Shown one piece after another: positions 46,706 through 59,753 of a stretch of 64,000 bases of DNA. Made by a program: the position numbers and the translations under genes. The stretch's first letter is position 1. Each line of letters starts with the position of its first letter. Source of the stretch: Vitrella brassicaformis CCMP3155 (taxonomy: Eukaryota > Protista > Chromerida). The notes under the pieces were generated by a model, which made no database searches, had not been told where the DNA came from, and was given only the letters and a program-made list of their open reading frames with translations. The stretch covers positions 267,702-331,701 of the forward strand of contig CDMY01000571.1 in assembly GCA_001179505.1 (NCBI GenBank), read 5' to 3'.

Positions 46706-49129
46706 ATGCGGACCCTCTCCCTCGCCATCCTGACACTCTCCCTCTGCTTATGCTGCATCGCCGGTGAGCAGCGTGAGACAAGCACAGACAAGCACACATG
46801 CATCGGCATCCCGCACATCTGTGCCTGTGTGTGTGTGTGTGTGTGTCCAGATGCGACGTCCCTCCGTCGCACCCAGGGAGCCGAGGCAGGGAGCGGTGGG
46901 TACAGCGCCGACCGCATGCCCGACCCTGCAGAGGCAGCCGAGGCAGCCCCCGTCCCTGAGGTGGTCGATGTCCCGCCTGAAGGCGTCGAGGAGATCCCTG
47001 CCCCAGCCAACGTGACAGCCAACGCCACTGCCGCAGAGGAGATCCCCATGGCCCTCCCCGCTGATCCCGCAGCCCAGCCTGTCGACCCCGCAGCTGGAGG
47101 CGGCACTCGCCTGCGTCGTCTGCAGGCAGCGGGAGCCCCCCCTCCCCCACCGGCTGCTCAGGTCCTTCAGGAGGAGCCGGGCGCCAACCAGACGGCAGCC
47201 AACGCCACCGATAGCGCTCTCGGTGAAGATGGACAGACCAGGCGTCTGCAAGACATGTCGGCGGCTGGTGAGACGAGCATCCCGGAAGTGGCGCAGAACC
47301 TCACCACCAACACCACCGGCGCGACCAGACGTCTGCAGGAGACAGGGGCTGCCGGAGTGCCGGTGGGGGCTCCTGAAGCAGTGGAGGCAGCCAACATGAC
47401 CAACGTCACCGACCCGGCCATGGGGGTGCCAGCGGACGGCAGCACCAGGCGTCTGCAGCAGGACTTGAGCACTCTCCCGGCTGAGCAGACGCCAGTGGAG
47501 GCCAACGTGACCGCCAATGCCACCGAGGGCACCACAGAGGGCGGCGTGAGACGCATGCAGGACCCGGTGGTGCCTGGGGAAGCACCAGTGGACCCAGCCG
47601 TCAACGAGACAGCCATCAACACCACCGTCGAGGGGGCTCCGGGCCAGGGCGGCGTGAGACGCATGCAGCTGCCGGAGCCCGCACAGGAGGCCGCTGCCGA
47701 GCCTGCAGCTGAAGGCGTTGAGGGCGATGTGCCGGCCGGCGAGGAGGCAGCCAACGTGACAGCGGTGGGGCCCGTCCCGGTTGTGGAGCCCATCAACGCG
47801 ACAGAGCTCGAGGAAACGGCGCCCGAGATTGCCGACGAGGTCAGCGAGGCCATCAACCCGGCGGAGGCCGAGGAGGCAGCGGAGGGCGGCGAGAGAGTCC
47901 GACGCCTTCGTCGCCGCGTGCAGAGCTACAGCGACACGAGCATCCCTGCAGCTGAGCAGCAAGTGCCGGAAGTGGCGCAGAACATCACCAACACCACCGG
48001 CGCGACCAGACGTCTGCAGGAGACAGGGGCTGCCGAAGTGCCGGTGGGGGCTCCTGAAGCAGTGGAGGCAGCAAACATGACCAACGCCACCGACCCGGCC
48101 ACGGGCATGCCAGCGGGCGGCAGCACCAGGCGTCTGCAGGACTTGGGCACGCTCCCGGCTGAGCAGACGCCAGTGGAGGCCAACGTGACCGCCAATGCCA
48201 CCGAGGGCACCACAGAGGGCGGTGTGAGACGCATGCAGGACTTGGGTGGGGCCGCTCCCCCACCCCCTGAGGCCAACGTGACGACCAACATGAGCGACGC
48301 AGCCGTCCAGCCCCCTGATGCCGGCACGAGGCGCATGCAGACGGTGGGTGGTGCTGATGCTGCGCAGCAGCAGGCCGGGTACGTGGCGGCAGAGGAGCAG
48401 GCCATGGCCAACGTGACCAACGCCACTGACCCGGTCAGCCAGGGCGGCACCAGGCGCATGCAGGACAACATGGGCGGGGTGATGGAGATGCCCGTCAACG
48501 AGACCAACACGACCACCGAAGGCCAGATGGGCCAGGGCCAGGGCGGGATCAGGCGCCGCCGACTGCAGACGTGTGAGTGTGGACACGACACACAGCCGAC
48601 ATACATGGGTGTGGGGTGCATGGTTGTATGTATGTCCGTGTGTGCGCGTGTGTGTTCAGTCGATGGTGCTGAGGGTCCTGATGCTGCCGGCACCGAGATG
48701 CGTGATGACAGCCTCGGCTATGATGCCGCCCAGACCGAAGACCAAGCAGGTACCGTACCACGTGAGGCGGTGCACCCCACGCAGAATCACGCTTGACAAT
48801 GGATGTCTCTTGTCTGTGGCCTCCGTCAGAGTCGGTGTCCGGCGGAGTGCCACAACAGGGGACTGAGGTGGGTGCTGGTGCTGCTGGCGCTGGTGCCGGA
48901 GAGGAGGATTTCCCCACCGCTGAAGAAATCACTCCCGCACCCGAAGGTCAGTCACGCACTCCCGTCCGTCTGGACATCACATCTGTCTCCGCGCACTCAT
49001 CCCTGTATGTCTGTCCCCGCCTGTGTGTCTGCAGAGGTTCTGGCTGAGCCTGAGCAGCAGGTACCCGGATTCCTCGAGGGCGAGCTCGTTGGTGGACCTG
49101 ACAGCGAAGCCCGCACTGGTGGAGAGTAG
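46706..49129 (+). CDS. Secreted acidic, N-glycosylation-rich repetitive protein with 13 RR(L/M) sites; candidate polyprotein
   Basis: Signal peptide MRTLSLAILTLSLCLCCIA, an in-frame 87-nt intron, a long repetitive exon to about 48572, then three short exons ending ...EARTGGE*. No TM segment or GPI signal seen. Confidence 0.85.
47282..48241 (+). repeat. Internal duplication of about 280 nt (47282-47563 vs 47966-48241) within the repetitive secreted protein
   Basis: PEVAQNLTTNTTGATRRLQETGAAGVPVGAPEAVEAANMTNVTDP...EGGVRRMQD vs PEVAQNITNTTGATRRLQETGAAEVPVGAPEAVEAANMTNATDP...EGGVRRMQD; nearly identical at the DNA level. Confidence 0.92.
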
Positions 49130-50024
49130 ACAGACAGACCCGTGGTATGTCGTTTTGTTTCGTTCCGTGTCGTGGCGTGAGCGGTTTTACATAGGTGTTT
49201 GCTTCAATCAACGTGTGCGTGCAGATGTGTGTGTGTGTGTGTGTGTGTGTTTGGCTGACTGACTGACTGACTGCATGGATGGATGGACACCGACAGACCG
49301 ACCGACGAGTGCGTTTTTTCCACACGGACGTGCGCGCCCTCTTGAATGACATGCGGGCACACGTGTATGGCTGGCTGCATGTGTTGTGGTCAAGCGTGCC
49401 TGTGTGTGATTGGTGTGGGGGGGCGGAGTTGGGTGGGGTGAGCGCAGCCATGCGGACACGCATCGCATCGGTCGACGTGTCCGTTCTGTTTTGCCGGCAT
49501 GTGTGCGCCTTCCTTCACTCGATGGAATCGGTTGCGGGGCGTTTTTTCGCTGCACACACACACGCGCACACATTGTCACGCATTTTGCCATGACCTCACT
49601 AACTCACTGCATGGTGTTGTCATTCGTTCTGCTTCACGTGCTGGTTGCTTGGTTCATCCACACAACTTGCTGCAGGCTGGGCATTTTGTACATACCCATG
49701 GATGCGAAGTCAGTCATGTTAGTTACACGCCCACCCGACCGACCCATAGACGTGCCTTGCTCGATGGCTCGATGGCCTGATTGCTCGATTGAGCACTTTT
49801 GACACACCGTGGCCTGCCTCCCTCCGTGGTTTGATCATCATCCATCCACTCACCACTCACTCGCTGCCTGGCTCACTTTTGGCCGCCGAATCGAGCGTTG
49901 GCTGAGCGTTTATTCAGTTTCTTCTCGTTGGCTTCGTCTGTGTGTGCACTCATCACTCATCGGAGAAGACAGGGAGGGCATGCACGTGACTTCGGCGCAC
50001 ACAGACAGACAATGACGGGGGGGG

Positions 50025-50324
50025 NNNNNNNNNNNNNNNNNNNNNNNNNNNNNNNNNNNNNNNNNNNNNNNNNNNNNNNNNNNNNNNNNNNNNNNNNNNN
50101 NNNNNNNNNNNNNNNNNNNNNNNNNNNNNNNNNNNNNNNNNNNNNNNNNNNNNNNNNNNNNNNNNNNNNNNNNNNNNNNNNNNNNNNNNNNNNNNNNNNN
50201 NNNNNNNNNNNNNNNNNNNNNNNNNNNNNNNNNNNNNNNNNNNNNNNNNNNNNNNNNNNNNNNNNNNNNNNNNNNNNNNNNNNNNNNNNNNNNNNNNNNN
50301 NNNNNNNNNNNNNNNNNNNNNNNN
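50025..50324. other. Assembly gap (N run)
   Basis: Run of N flanked by G-rich ends. Confidence 1.
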
Positions 50325-51023
50325 GGCGTGGGGGGACACACAGATACAATGGATGCATGTGCACCATGCCTTATTTCTTGAAATTTGTGGACCGACCGAT
50401 GGATGGATGGATGGATGCCTTGCTGGGGCGGGGAAGAGGAAGTGTCAAGAGAGCTGATTACCATCACCAAGTGGTACCCCCGCCCCCGTCAACCCCGCAC
50501 AGCGTGGCTGTCAGTGCTGCGCTGTGCTGCGTTGGCGGGGGCGGGCTGCCACTGTGACGGATGCAGCTCGATGGACGGATGGGATGGATGGACGGACGGA
50601 TGTGGCAGGGTGTATGCTGTCGATTTATTGGTCCGTGGACGTGGGTGGCTGGAAGTGTCCAAGTGATCAAGTGTAAGGTCGGCCTGTGCGTGTGTGGGCA
50701 TTTTATGTGGAGTGGGTGGGGTAGCGAGCGGCACACATGCGTGGCATTCATCCATGGGAGAGAGGAGGGGAGGGGAGAGGTACACACTAATGAATGGAGG
50801 GCTGCATTGGGTGGAGGAAGACGCAACACGCGCACTGACTTGGTCGTGAGTGGGCGTGGTATACCGATAAGTCGACACAGCAGTGGACAGAATGAATGCA
50901 TCAACACAGAATGGCGAAGAGTGCGCAATGAATTCGATCCTTCATCGTCTGCAAGCTTAGCGCCACACGCTGCAACATCACACATGCAGGCAGCCATGCA
51001 CTCAAGTAAAAAGAGCCATGCAC

Positions 51024-52372
51024 TCACTCTCGCGGCGGGCCCGACACATCTGTCTCCCGCAACCATGTCTCAAGGACATCGCTGAGCTTCCTTGCCCATC
51101 CCGGGGATGTGGCGACATGCCGATGAGATCTCAGCAATCCGTGTGTCGCACATGGATAAGTATGATCGAAATGAAACAGACATTGATCGAATTCATCGCA
51201 TTCCTGTGTCCCATCGATCACTCGTGCGTCGGTCCACGTACACAACTAGAGACACGACGAGTGAATAGAGAATGAAGGCAAAATGGATAGGCGAATGGAC
51301 GGACGGACGGACGGATGGACGGATGCTGACTGACGGACCTGTATCAATGATACATAACATTGGTTCAGACAGACAGACATTGACAAACCGAACAGGCTCC
51401 AGTTCCCCATAGTTCTCCCAAGAATGCACGCAAACAAAGAGTTCACACTGCCATGTCACACATACATTCCATCTCACTTCAACCCCGTGTCATGCCATCT
51501 CAACCAAAAAATGACTTGCCAGTCATACTCAAGGACAAAGGCAACAGACCTCTATGTCCCATCGCTACCGCCCTGGGCAGAGTGGTGTCTGGGCTCGCGC
51601 TCCATGCAAACGGGCGACGTCTTTTTTGCCCCCGAATGCCCTTGGAATCACCGTTGAGTCTACTGATGGTCAGACAGACAGACACACGCCCGCACACATC
51701 AGTGTCGATGTCACCTCGTGTGTAGCGTACGTGGCGGTAGCGGCTTCAGAAGTTGCACGGTGAATGGATTCTCCTTCGTCTTGCCCCTACACACACACAC
51801 ACACACATACACACACAGTATGTCTGACTGTGGGGTGAGTGGTCGAGCGCGTACTCGTTGCCGAACTCCTCCTCGATGAGGTCAGTGTCCTGAGCGTCGA
51901 GATGGCCGATGAACTTGACGTCACCCGGACCGGTGGCCCCCGGAAGCACCTTCATCATCCATATGACCGACTTCAGGTCGCCGACGGTGTGGAAAGCGCC
52001 TCTCTTGATGAAGGGAGTCAACCCGAGGGTGACGACCGGTGTGGTATCCTCGGCATAACGCCACTGAAAGTACCGCTCCTCCTGCATCTCCACTTTCAAC
52101 CACTTTGTGATCTTAAGGGCTAGAGAGAGAGTGCGTTTCACGCGGGGAGCGCAGTCGTGGGGGAATATGAGATTTTTGCAGTTGATCCCGTATGGTCGTC
52201 GTGACAATGACGGAACGATAATAGTGAACGTCGATATCCCCGCCCCTCCCACCCCGTCCACGGGAGGCACTGACCATTTCAGCAGACGCTCCGCGATGTC
52301 ATGGATGAGCCAGATGTACGGGCGTGGTGGGCCATGCAAGATATGAACGGCCGTGATATGCATGGAGTTCAT
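51024..52372 (-). CDS. Hypothetical protein; 3' structure uncertain
   Basis: Coding-like ORF of about 180 aa (52372 to about 51830) containing TVGDLKSVIW, which is weakly ubiquitin-like. Downstream segments could not be joined confidently. Confidence 0.45.
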
Positions 52373-52499
52373 GGACTACACGGCGAGTTCTCAGCCACTC
52401 AATCGTCCACATGCACACACACACACACACGCTGGATGAATGGTTCTCTCCTCTCGCTGCCTGGTTGTCTGGTGTGTGTTCAGCCCCACTCAGAGCAAT

Positions 52500-53019
52500 A
52501 TGAGCGTGTCAGACCTTTTCCCGAACGAGGGACTCCAGGAGACGAACAGAGTCAATATCTTTGTGATCGGTATGTGTGGGCTCAGGGAGAGAATATGCCC
52601 GTTCCGTTTGCGTGTATGTGGTGCAGGCGGGCGCGTGCACCTTGCAGCTCATGCGGCTGCAAAAGCACAGCCGGCCCAACAAGCCATCCCGAAGATACCC
52701 CCGCCACCACACTGGGCACCCCAGCAATAACACCCAAAGGCAGGCGGTTGCGGGGCATGACTGACCTGCCTCCATGTTTATGTATCTCTCTCTCTCCCCC
52801 CCCTCTGTGTGCGTCAATCAATCCATCAGGTGTTTGTGTTCCGGGTGAGCCGGTCCACCGGCCGCTTCATCGACGACCCCGCCAACATACCGCCTAAAAA
52901 GCGAAAGAAGCTGCCGCCGGCAGGTCAGTGAGTGAGGGCATGAGTGCCTGCGGCATGTTGACTGACTGACCAACCCAACCCGGTTGTGTGTGGTGTGCAT
53001 TGGTCTGTGTGCCTGCGCA

Positions 53020-53053
<34 letters not shown>

Positions 53054-56000
53054 AGATCGTTTGCAGGAGGGTCCGGCTCCGTGGCGGCTGCTGCAGGTCG
53101 ACGAGGAGGCGGGGGAGATCAACCAGATCACTGTCGAGATCTGCGGTGACACCGAGAGCCTCATCGTCGTCACCATGCGGGCACAGGTGAGGTGTCTGTC
53201 CACCCAACCACTCAATCACTCACTCACAGAGAGAGAGAGAGAGAGAGAATGGCCCTGTCTGTTGTGTCCGTGTTGCATAACGCCCGTCCGTCCGTCCGTC
53301 AATCCGTCAGGTGCGCATCTACCCGCTGCAGTTCATCCGTGAGAACCGCGACCCCATCATTTTCGACAACGTCTACACCAACGAGGACGACTCCACTTGG
53401 AGCATCTCGGCGGCCGCCCGCCCGCGGCCCTCACAGGGGCCCATCCTCGCCGTGGGCAGCAACGCCCACGTGGTCACTGAGTGGAATCTGAGCGGTTCTG
53501 AGGACCAGACGCCGCACCGGCTGGTGGGGCATGGCCACAACATCCCGTCTATCGCCTACTGCCCGGGGTATCCGGAGAGCTGCGACTATCTGGCATCGGC
53601 CTCGATAGATGGGACCTTTCGGCTGTGGTACCAGAGTGGGGCCACGTGGGGTGTGCGGTGCGAGGAGGGGATGGATGCGTGTGTATGTGTGTGTAGGCAC
53701 GCTGCTCGTGGTGAGTGTTTGGGCATTTATCGCATCGCCGAGTACGGGTGGGGAATTCGATGGGTCCACAAAGGCGACATTCCTGAGGTACACTGACACC
53801 ACGCACAGCCAACCATGACAGACACCTACACACTCCTTCGTCCTCCTACCGACCTTCACTCAGGTCGACCTCTCTCGCAGCCTCCGGCTGCCCCCCCGAA
53901 TGCGGCTAGCATGGTCCTCCCTCACACGCACAGGGCCTCTGGCAGACATGGCCGGCCACCCACACCCGCCCCCGCCCCCGCCCCTCAGGGCGCCCGTAAT
54001 GCGCACATCCAGGTGGCGCAGAAGGCCGCCAATAGCGCCCCTACCGCCTCCAGCAGCACCAGCAGCGGCAGCAGCACCATCGGCAGATGGTGAGTCTCAG
54101 CGACAGTCCTCATCGGCCATCGCGCGGTCGTTTTCGGAGCTGTCGAGGGACGGCGGTGGTGGTGGTGCTGGTGGTGGGGGTGGTCCTATCTTGATGTCCT
54201 CCGCTGCGTGTGGGGCGGCTGCTGCATCGGAATGAGATCCATCCGCTGATAGCCCAGTGGCTGGAGAGGTTTTCCAATGAGATGGAGAAGGCATACAGGC
54301 GACCCACCATCAGAAGGGCCATTGAAGAATGGGTGAGAAACACAGAGAGGAAAGGTGGTGTGGGAGGAGTGGCGTGCGCATGTAGTTTGTATTGGCTGCA
54401 TGTGTGTGTGTATGTGTGTCAGAGGGGGAGTCAATCATCGTCTCTGCTGACCCGTCAGCAGCTGGGCAGCGAAATCGGCGACGAATACTCGTTCGGCCTC
54501 TTCATGGTGCGCACACACACATACACAACACAGGCCACCAGCAAGACAGCATCATTGTGATGCATGTGTGTGTGCAGAATCCCCAGTTTCGGTCGACGCT
54601 GCAGGCGGCCATCGAGTCCGAGCTGCGCGAGATGCTGCCCTCCGCGGCAGCCATCGCACACTCGTCCTCCTTCCCGGCCGCAGAGAGACATCGGGTGAGG
54701 CCATTGCACAACAGACAGATACAGACACGCTCACATACCTTTCCATGGATGGATGGACGGCTGCAATGACTGACTGAATGCAGGCTCGCCAGGCAGCAGC
54801 GGACAGGCTGCCCCCCTCCCTCCCCTCCACGCCCGAGACCACACCCTACCGCCCCCCCGACCACGGCCACAGCAGCAGCGACAGACACACACCTCCTCGG
54901 CCCGCTTCCGCACTCTCTCTCATCAACCCTTCAGAGCATGACCCTCTCAGCCCCACACACCCACCACCACCAGCATCGGATGAGCCCGCGGCAGACGGCG
55001 GCATCCATGAGCGGCGCTACTCGATCGTGCAGTTCATCGCGGCGCGGCGGGAGCACCAGGAGCGGCTCGTTGCGGGGACGCCCGAGAGGACAGACGCCGT
55101 CCCACACCCAACACCAGTGGCACGGGTGAGGCCAGAAAGCGATGCTGCCGCTTCGCCGGCACCTCGTGGCGACAACGGTGCAGGGAACACCGATCAACCA
55201 GGACAGGCAGCAGAAGCCGAGGAAGAGCAGACGAGAAGCCGCGAGGCACCTGCACCGGCAGCCGCAGCAGCAGCAGCTTCGTCGGAGTAACGTCATCCCA
55301 TGGGCGAAGAGGACTTCAGGCGAGCCAGCGAGGCCGTGGCCGAGATCCTGGCGGAGCTGCGCAACGGCGGCCGGTCGGCATTGGAGGTGCATGACGATAG
55401 GGACAGTTTTGAGGAGGCCTTCATGGATGCGCGTGAGGGGGAGGAGGAGGGGGCCGACAACGGCATGATGGACAGCTACGAGGGTGGCGAGCCGCAGGGC
55501 GGGGACGCAGAGGCGCCTCATGCGGATCCAGACGCCAATATGGATCATGACCATGCGGACGCGCTGCACGAGCCGATCGAGTAAGCGGGTGGATGGAAAT
55601 TCGATCGCAGAGAGAGGACTGTATCCATCCATCCATCCACCCACTTGGCTGTGATGTTTGTGTTGTCACTCTCTCTCCCTCTCCCTTGCACGCCCTTCAG
55701 CTTGGCCGCGCTGTTCCCCGCCCACCTGCAGGTGCCTGACGACTGGCACCGTGCGCTGCTGCACGGCGACCATCCTGAGCACCACGATGAGGGCGAGGAC
55801 GACAGCAGCCCCCACGACATGGTGGTCGTTCAAGACCAAGACGAGGGAAAGGAGCCGTCCGACGACGAGACCATCGACTACAGCCTCAACGGGCCCTTCC
55901 ACATGCGCCACGCCGCCCCCAGCACGCCGCCACACACACCACACCCACCGTCACTGCGGGCGAGGCCAGGCGGCTCTCCGATTGGCTGCTGGTGGGGTCA

Positions 56001-57178
56001 TCTCAGGCGGCCCTCTATCTGATGAAGCCTGACTTCAACCAGACCGACGCACAATGGACGGCGACAGAAAGGGGGTGGCCGAGAGGGTCAAAGATGCGGT
56101 CAGCCGGTGTCTTCAGCCATTCAGAGGTGGGGGGGGGCCGTTCTTGGTGGCGAGACAGAGAGCAAGGGTGAGAGGGGCCAGACGATGCGCGAGATCATGA
56201 TGGAGGTGGCTGACCAGGAGGAGCAGCGACTGGCCGCAGCCGACGAGCAAAGGACGGCAGAGAGGACGAGCCGGCGGCGTCATCTGCGGGTGGGGCTGGT
56301 GGGGGTTGGAGGGTATCGATGCACTCTCAGCCTCAAGGTGGGTCGGTGTGAGAGCAACCAATCAGCCAGCGAACAGACAGACAGACAGACAGACAGGCGC
56401 ACCCAACCAAGACACACGTCTTCTTCGTTTGTTTATGTGTCCATCCACAACACAGGCTCGTGTGATGAACGTGTGGGCCGGGCAGCCCACCCGCTTCCAG
56501 GTGGGCGGCCTCAACCGGCTCTCCTTCTTCGAGTGGGTCCCGCAGCTGGGCGTCCTCGTCACCGCCTCCAAGCGCGGCCCTCCCGTCCTCGTCTACTCAA
56601 TCATCCGCTGCAAGCACACCCAACGGCTCTACTTCAAGGCCAACTGCCGCGTCATGGACTACCACAGACACGTCGACCCCGCCACCATCTCCGGTAATGG
56701 CGGCAATGGGGGCGACACTACTGGGAGCGAGATGGCGATCCGTTTCGGCCAGCGCACCCTGCTGCTGCGGCGGGAGAGGCCAACGCGAGAGCAGGATGGT
56801 GAGGGGGCAGAAGGGTCCCCCCATCGCGGCAGAGGGGCGGCGCTCTTAGGCCGTCTGCTAGGTCTGACAGCGAACTGACAGCTGCCGTGCAGGAGACCGC
56901 CACCGGACAGGCAATGCAGCCACGCGACGCCGCCCATGACGAAGCGGCACCCTATGTCAGTTGTGTGTGTCAGTTGTCATCATCGGCAAGCAAGCCGCGG
57001 ACCTCCGCGGACCTTGACCCGCGGCGGCGACACGAATTCCCACGGCGTGCAGAACACTCTGCGCTACACCCCTCTCCCCCAAGTCAAGCTGACTCCCCGA
57101 GGGATCGTGGGCCTCTGGATAGCTCCAGCTTTGATGGCGGACGGACGGATGTATTGTAGCAAGGGAAGAGGAGGATGA
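52500..57178 (+). CDS. CRT10-like WD40 beta-propeller protein with long low-complexity insertions
   Basis: GEINQI, DSTWSIS...ILAVGSNAHVVTEW, GHGHNIPSIAY...LASASIDGTFRLW, GWGIRWV, LNRLSFFEWVPQLGVLVTASKRG, and PRGIVGLWI follow the CRT10 family motif order. The start exon is uncertain. Confidence 0.68.
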
Positions 57179-57224
57179 AGAACAGATTTTTACGTGCGTG
57201 AGCGAGGAAAGGGGGGGTGGGGGT

Positions 57225-59753
57225 GGGGTGCCTGTGTGTCGCAAATGGTGCCCGGCATGGCCCATGTATACATATGAGACTGTGAGACTGGAGATCTTTC
57301 CGTCGAAACGAAACAGACATTGATCGAATTCATCGACTTCAAGCCCGGTCAAGAAGCGCCCCCCATGGGCCACGCATGCCATGCGCCAACACAAGTGTGC
57401 CCACAGAAGGGCCTGCCTGCCAATATACAGGCGCATGAATGGCCACGAGTCACCTCTACGCTGCGAGTCTGACTGAGACAGGAAGCGGCTGGTTGGCGAT
57501 CCTTCGCCTGACTTGGTGGCCCTGCGGCCTCCCCTCCCGCTCTGTGCTGTCCTCTTCGTCCCTCTCCCTCTCTCTCCTTTCCCTGGGGTGGTCCCTCTCC
57601 ATCTCTCTCTGCAGCTGCTGCAGCTGCTGTGGCTGCCCACTCTTGACGTGTCTCTCCGCCCTTTTTCTGTCTGCAGAGTGTCTGCGGCCCTCATTGTAGC
57701 AGCTAATGTTCCTCGGATGCAGGTAGCTGTTAAGGTAGCGGACGCTCTCCACCCGATCGCGCGCACGCATGTCCTCGTGGGACCGATACCAGTGCTCGAA
57801 GGGGATGGGCCGACCGAACTCCGTGTACTGATCGTTGCAATAGCCACCCCGCATCATCGCCATCTGCTCGTGGGGGTAATAGTTGCCCCACCGTGCCGGC
57901 GGCGAGCAAGAGCGAGGGATCGGCAGCAGACCGTCGCTCTTGTTGTCATTTGTGCGGGGGTTGGAGGGGCTGGGGGGCCGGGAGGCTGAGGTGTGGGAGT
58001 GGACTCTTGGCGAGCAGCGCTTGATGTACTTTGCACACTTCATCCAGTCCTGCCACGTGTCCCTTGTGGAAAGGTCCAGCTTGGGAAGCGGCATCTCCAC
58101 ATTCAGCGAGTTAATAAGGCTGAAATCGGGCGACCCTGCAGCAGGGGAGTTTGCAGGCTTGGCCACAGCAGGAGACGGCTGAAGCCACAGACGGCAAGAA
58201 GACTACCAACACTTTGAGCGTGCCCTGGTGAGTTGTGTTACCGTCTCTCCGCTGTTGCTGCTGTCAATGATCTCAGTCGACGCCGTCTGGTTGCCCTTCG
58301 ATGTCTCCGTATCCTCACTGGTCTGTCGGTCGTTCTCAGCAGGCAATTGCTGCTGCTGCTGCTGCTGGTGGGAACTGTCACGACGACGCCGGGCGTCCAA
58401 CGAAAACACTGGCAGCGTCTGAAGGCAACAACCACAGGCACATTCCATGCCGACTTGCCTTTACTTGATCATGTCTCTTGCCTGCAAACGGGCCAAGTCA
58501 CCCTCTCCCTGCTGTGGGGGCAGGGAAAGCGGCTCGGCTTCCCGCTCCCATCCCTCCGGACCCTGCGCACCACCATCGAACGCCATCATCTCATCAAACG
58601 ACACTGGAGGCGGCGGGCATGACGGCGGCGGCACATTGACAGTCCCAGGCAGCGGCAACAAGCCCGGGGCCTCCCTGATGCTGTGTGACGACCTTCTCCG
58701 CGGCCGATGCTCATGTGGGTGGAGGGGGGGAGACGGCGGGCGATAGGAACACAGCAGTGGGGGCGGGGTGGGAGGGGGAAAGGGCAGGATGGCGATCGGC
58801 GGGCCAGGCACAGGTGGTGGACGGCAGTCGTCTTCGAAGAAAGGAGGCCGGAACGGCTCCACTGGTTGAGGCAAAAAGGAAGGCGGCACGCTAATTGGCA
58901 TTGGCATTGGCATTGGCTCGAATGTCTTCGGCGGCGGCTCATCGGGCGGCGGGCCTCGAAAATGCTCCGCCGCACGGACGGCAGCCAGGACAGCGTTATC
59001 AAGGGCAAACTGGACTGTGGCGGGCTGCCACTGCTGCTCCTCCCACCAACGCGGAGGAAGCGATGTGCGAATGACATTCCGCTTGTGTGCGCTGAAGATG
59101 GCCTCCAGTGTGAAGCTGCACTCGTTGGATGGCGCACTTAGGGGCGGAACAGAGGAGGGACACGCAGCAGATGACTGCTGGTCGAGCGCCTCTGCCGAGT
59201 CACAGAAGGAAGGGTCGGGAACGGACGAAGGGCTGTTGTCGTTTTCGTGTCTTCGCTGGCAGAAGGCCTTCTGCTGCGCCTTTTGGATCATGTCCATGGT
59301 GTCCTGATCCATGGTGCTGGTCTCCTCTTCCACCTGCTGCTGCTGCTGCTGCTGGTGGTGGTGGTCGTTCTCAGCAGGTACATCCTCAGGGACGGACGAA
59401 GGAGCTGGCACACACGACATGGGCAGGGCATCAGGGTTCTGCTGCACCATCTGCAGCGCAAAGAGGAAGAAGTCCATCTGTTCGGGGGTCAGCTGGGCCA
59501 TCAGCTCGGCAGGCATAGGAGGGACAGGGAAAGGGAGGGCGCCGTCAGGGAGAGGCTGCTGATGCATCGACAGGCCGCCACCGAGAGCGGGGGGAGGGTG
59601 GGGAGGAGGGGGCATGAGAGGCATCAACGGCTCCATTGGCATACACGCTGGGGCTGGAGACGACGGCTCGTTGGATGTCGTTGAGGCTTCTTCGGGCGGC
59701 CCCAGTGCAGAGCAAGTTGGCGCAAAGTCGGCAGACTGCATGACGCGTGACAC
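57225..59753 (-). CDS. Pro/Gln-rich low-complexity hypothetical protein
   Basis: 430-aa first ORF (MSRVMQSADF...) and further coding-like exons (NYYPHEQMAMMRGGYCNDQYTEFGRPIPFEHWY...; RDHPRERRERERDEED). The 3' end is uncertain. Confidence 0.55.

Noticed and set aside
46748-48586. 612-aa minus-strand ORF (and the 229- and 255-aa ORFs in the same region)
   Set aside because: Antisense shadows of the repetitive secreted-protein exon.
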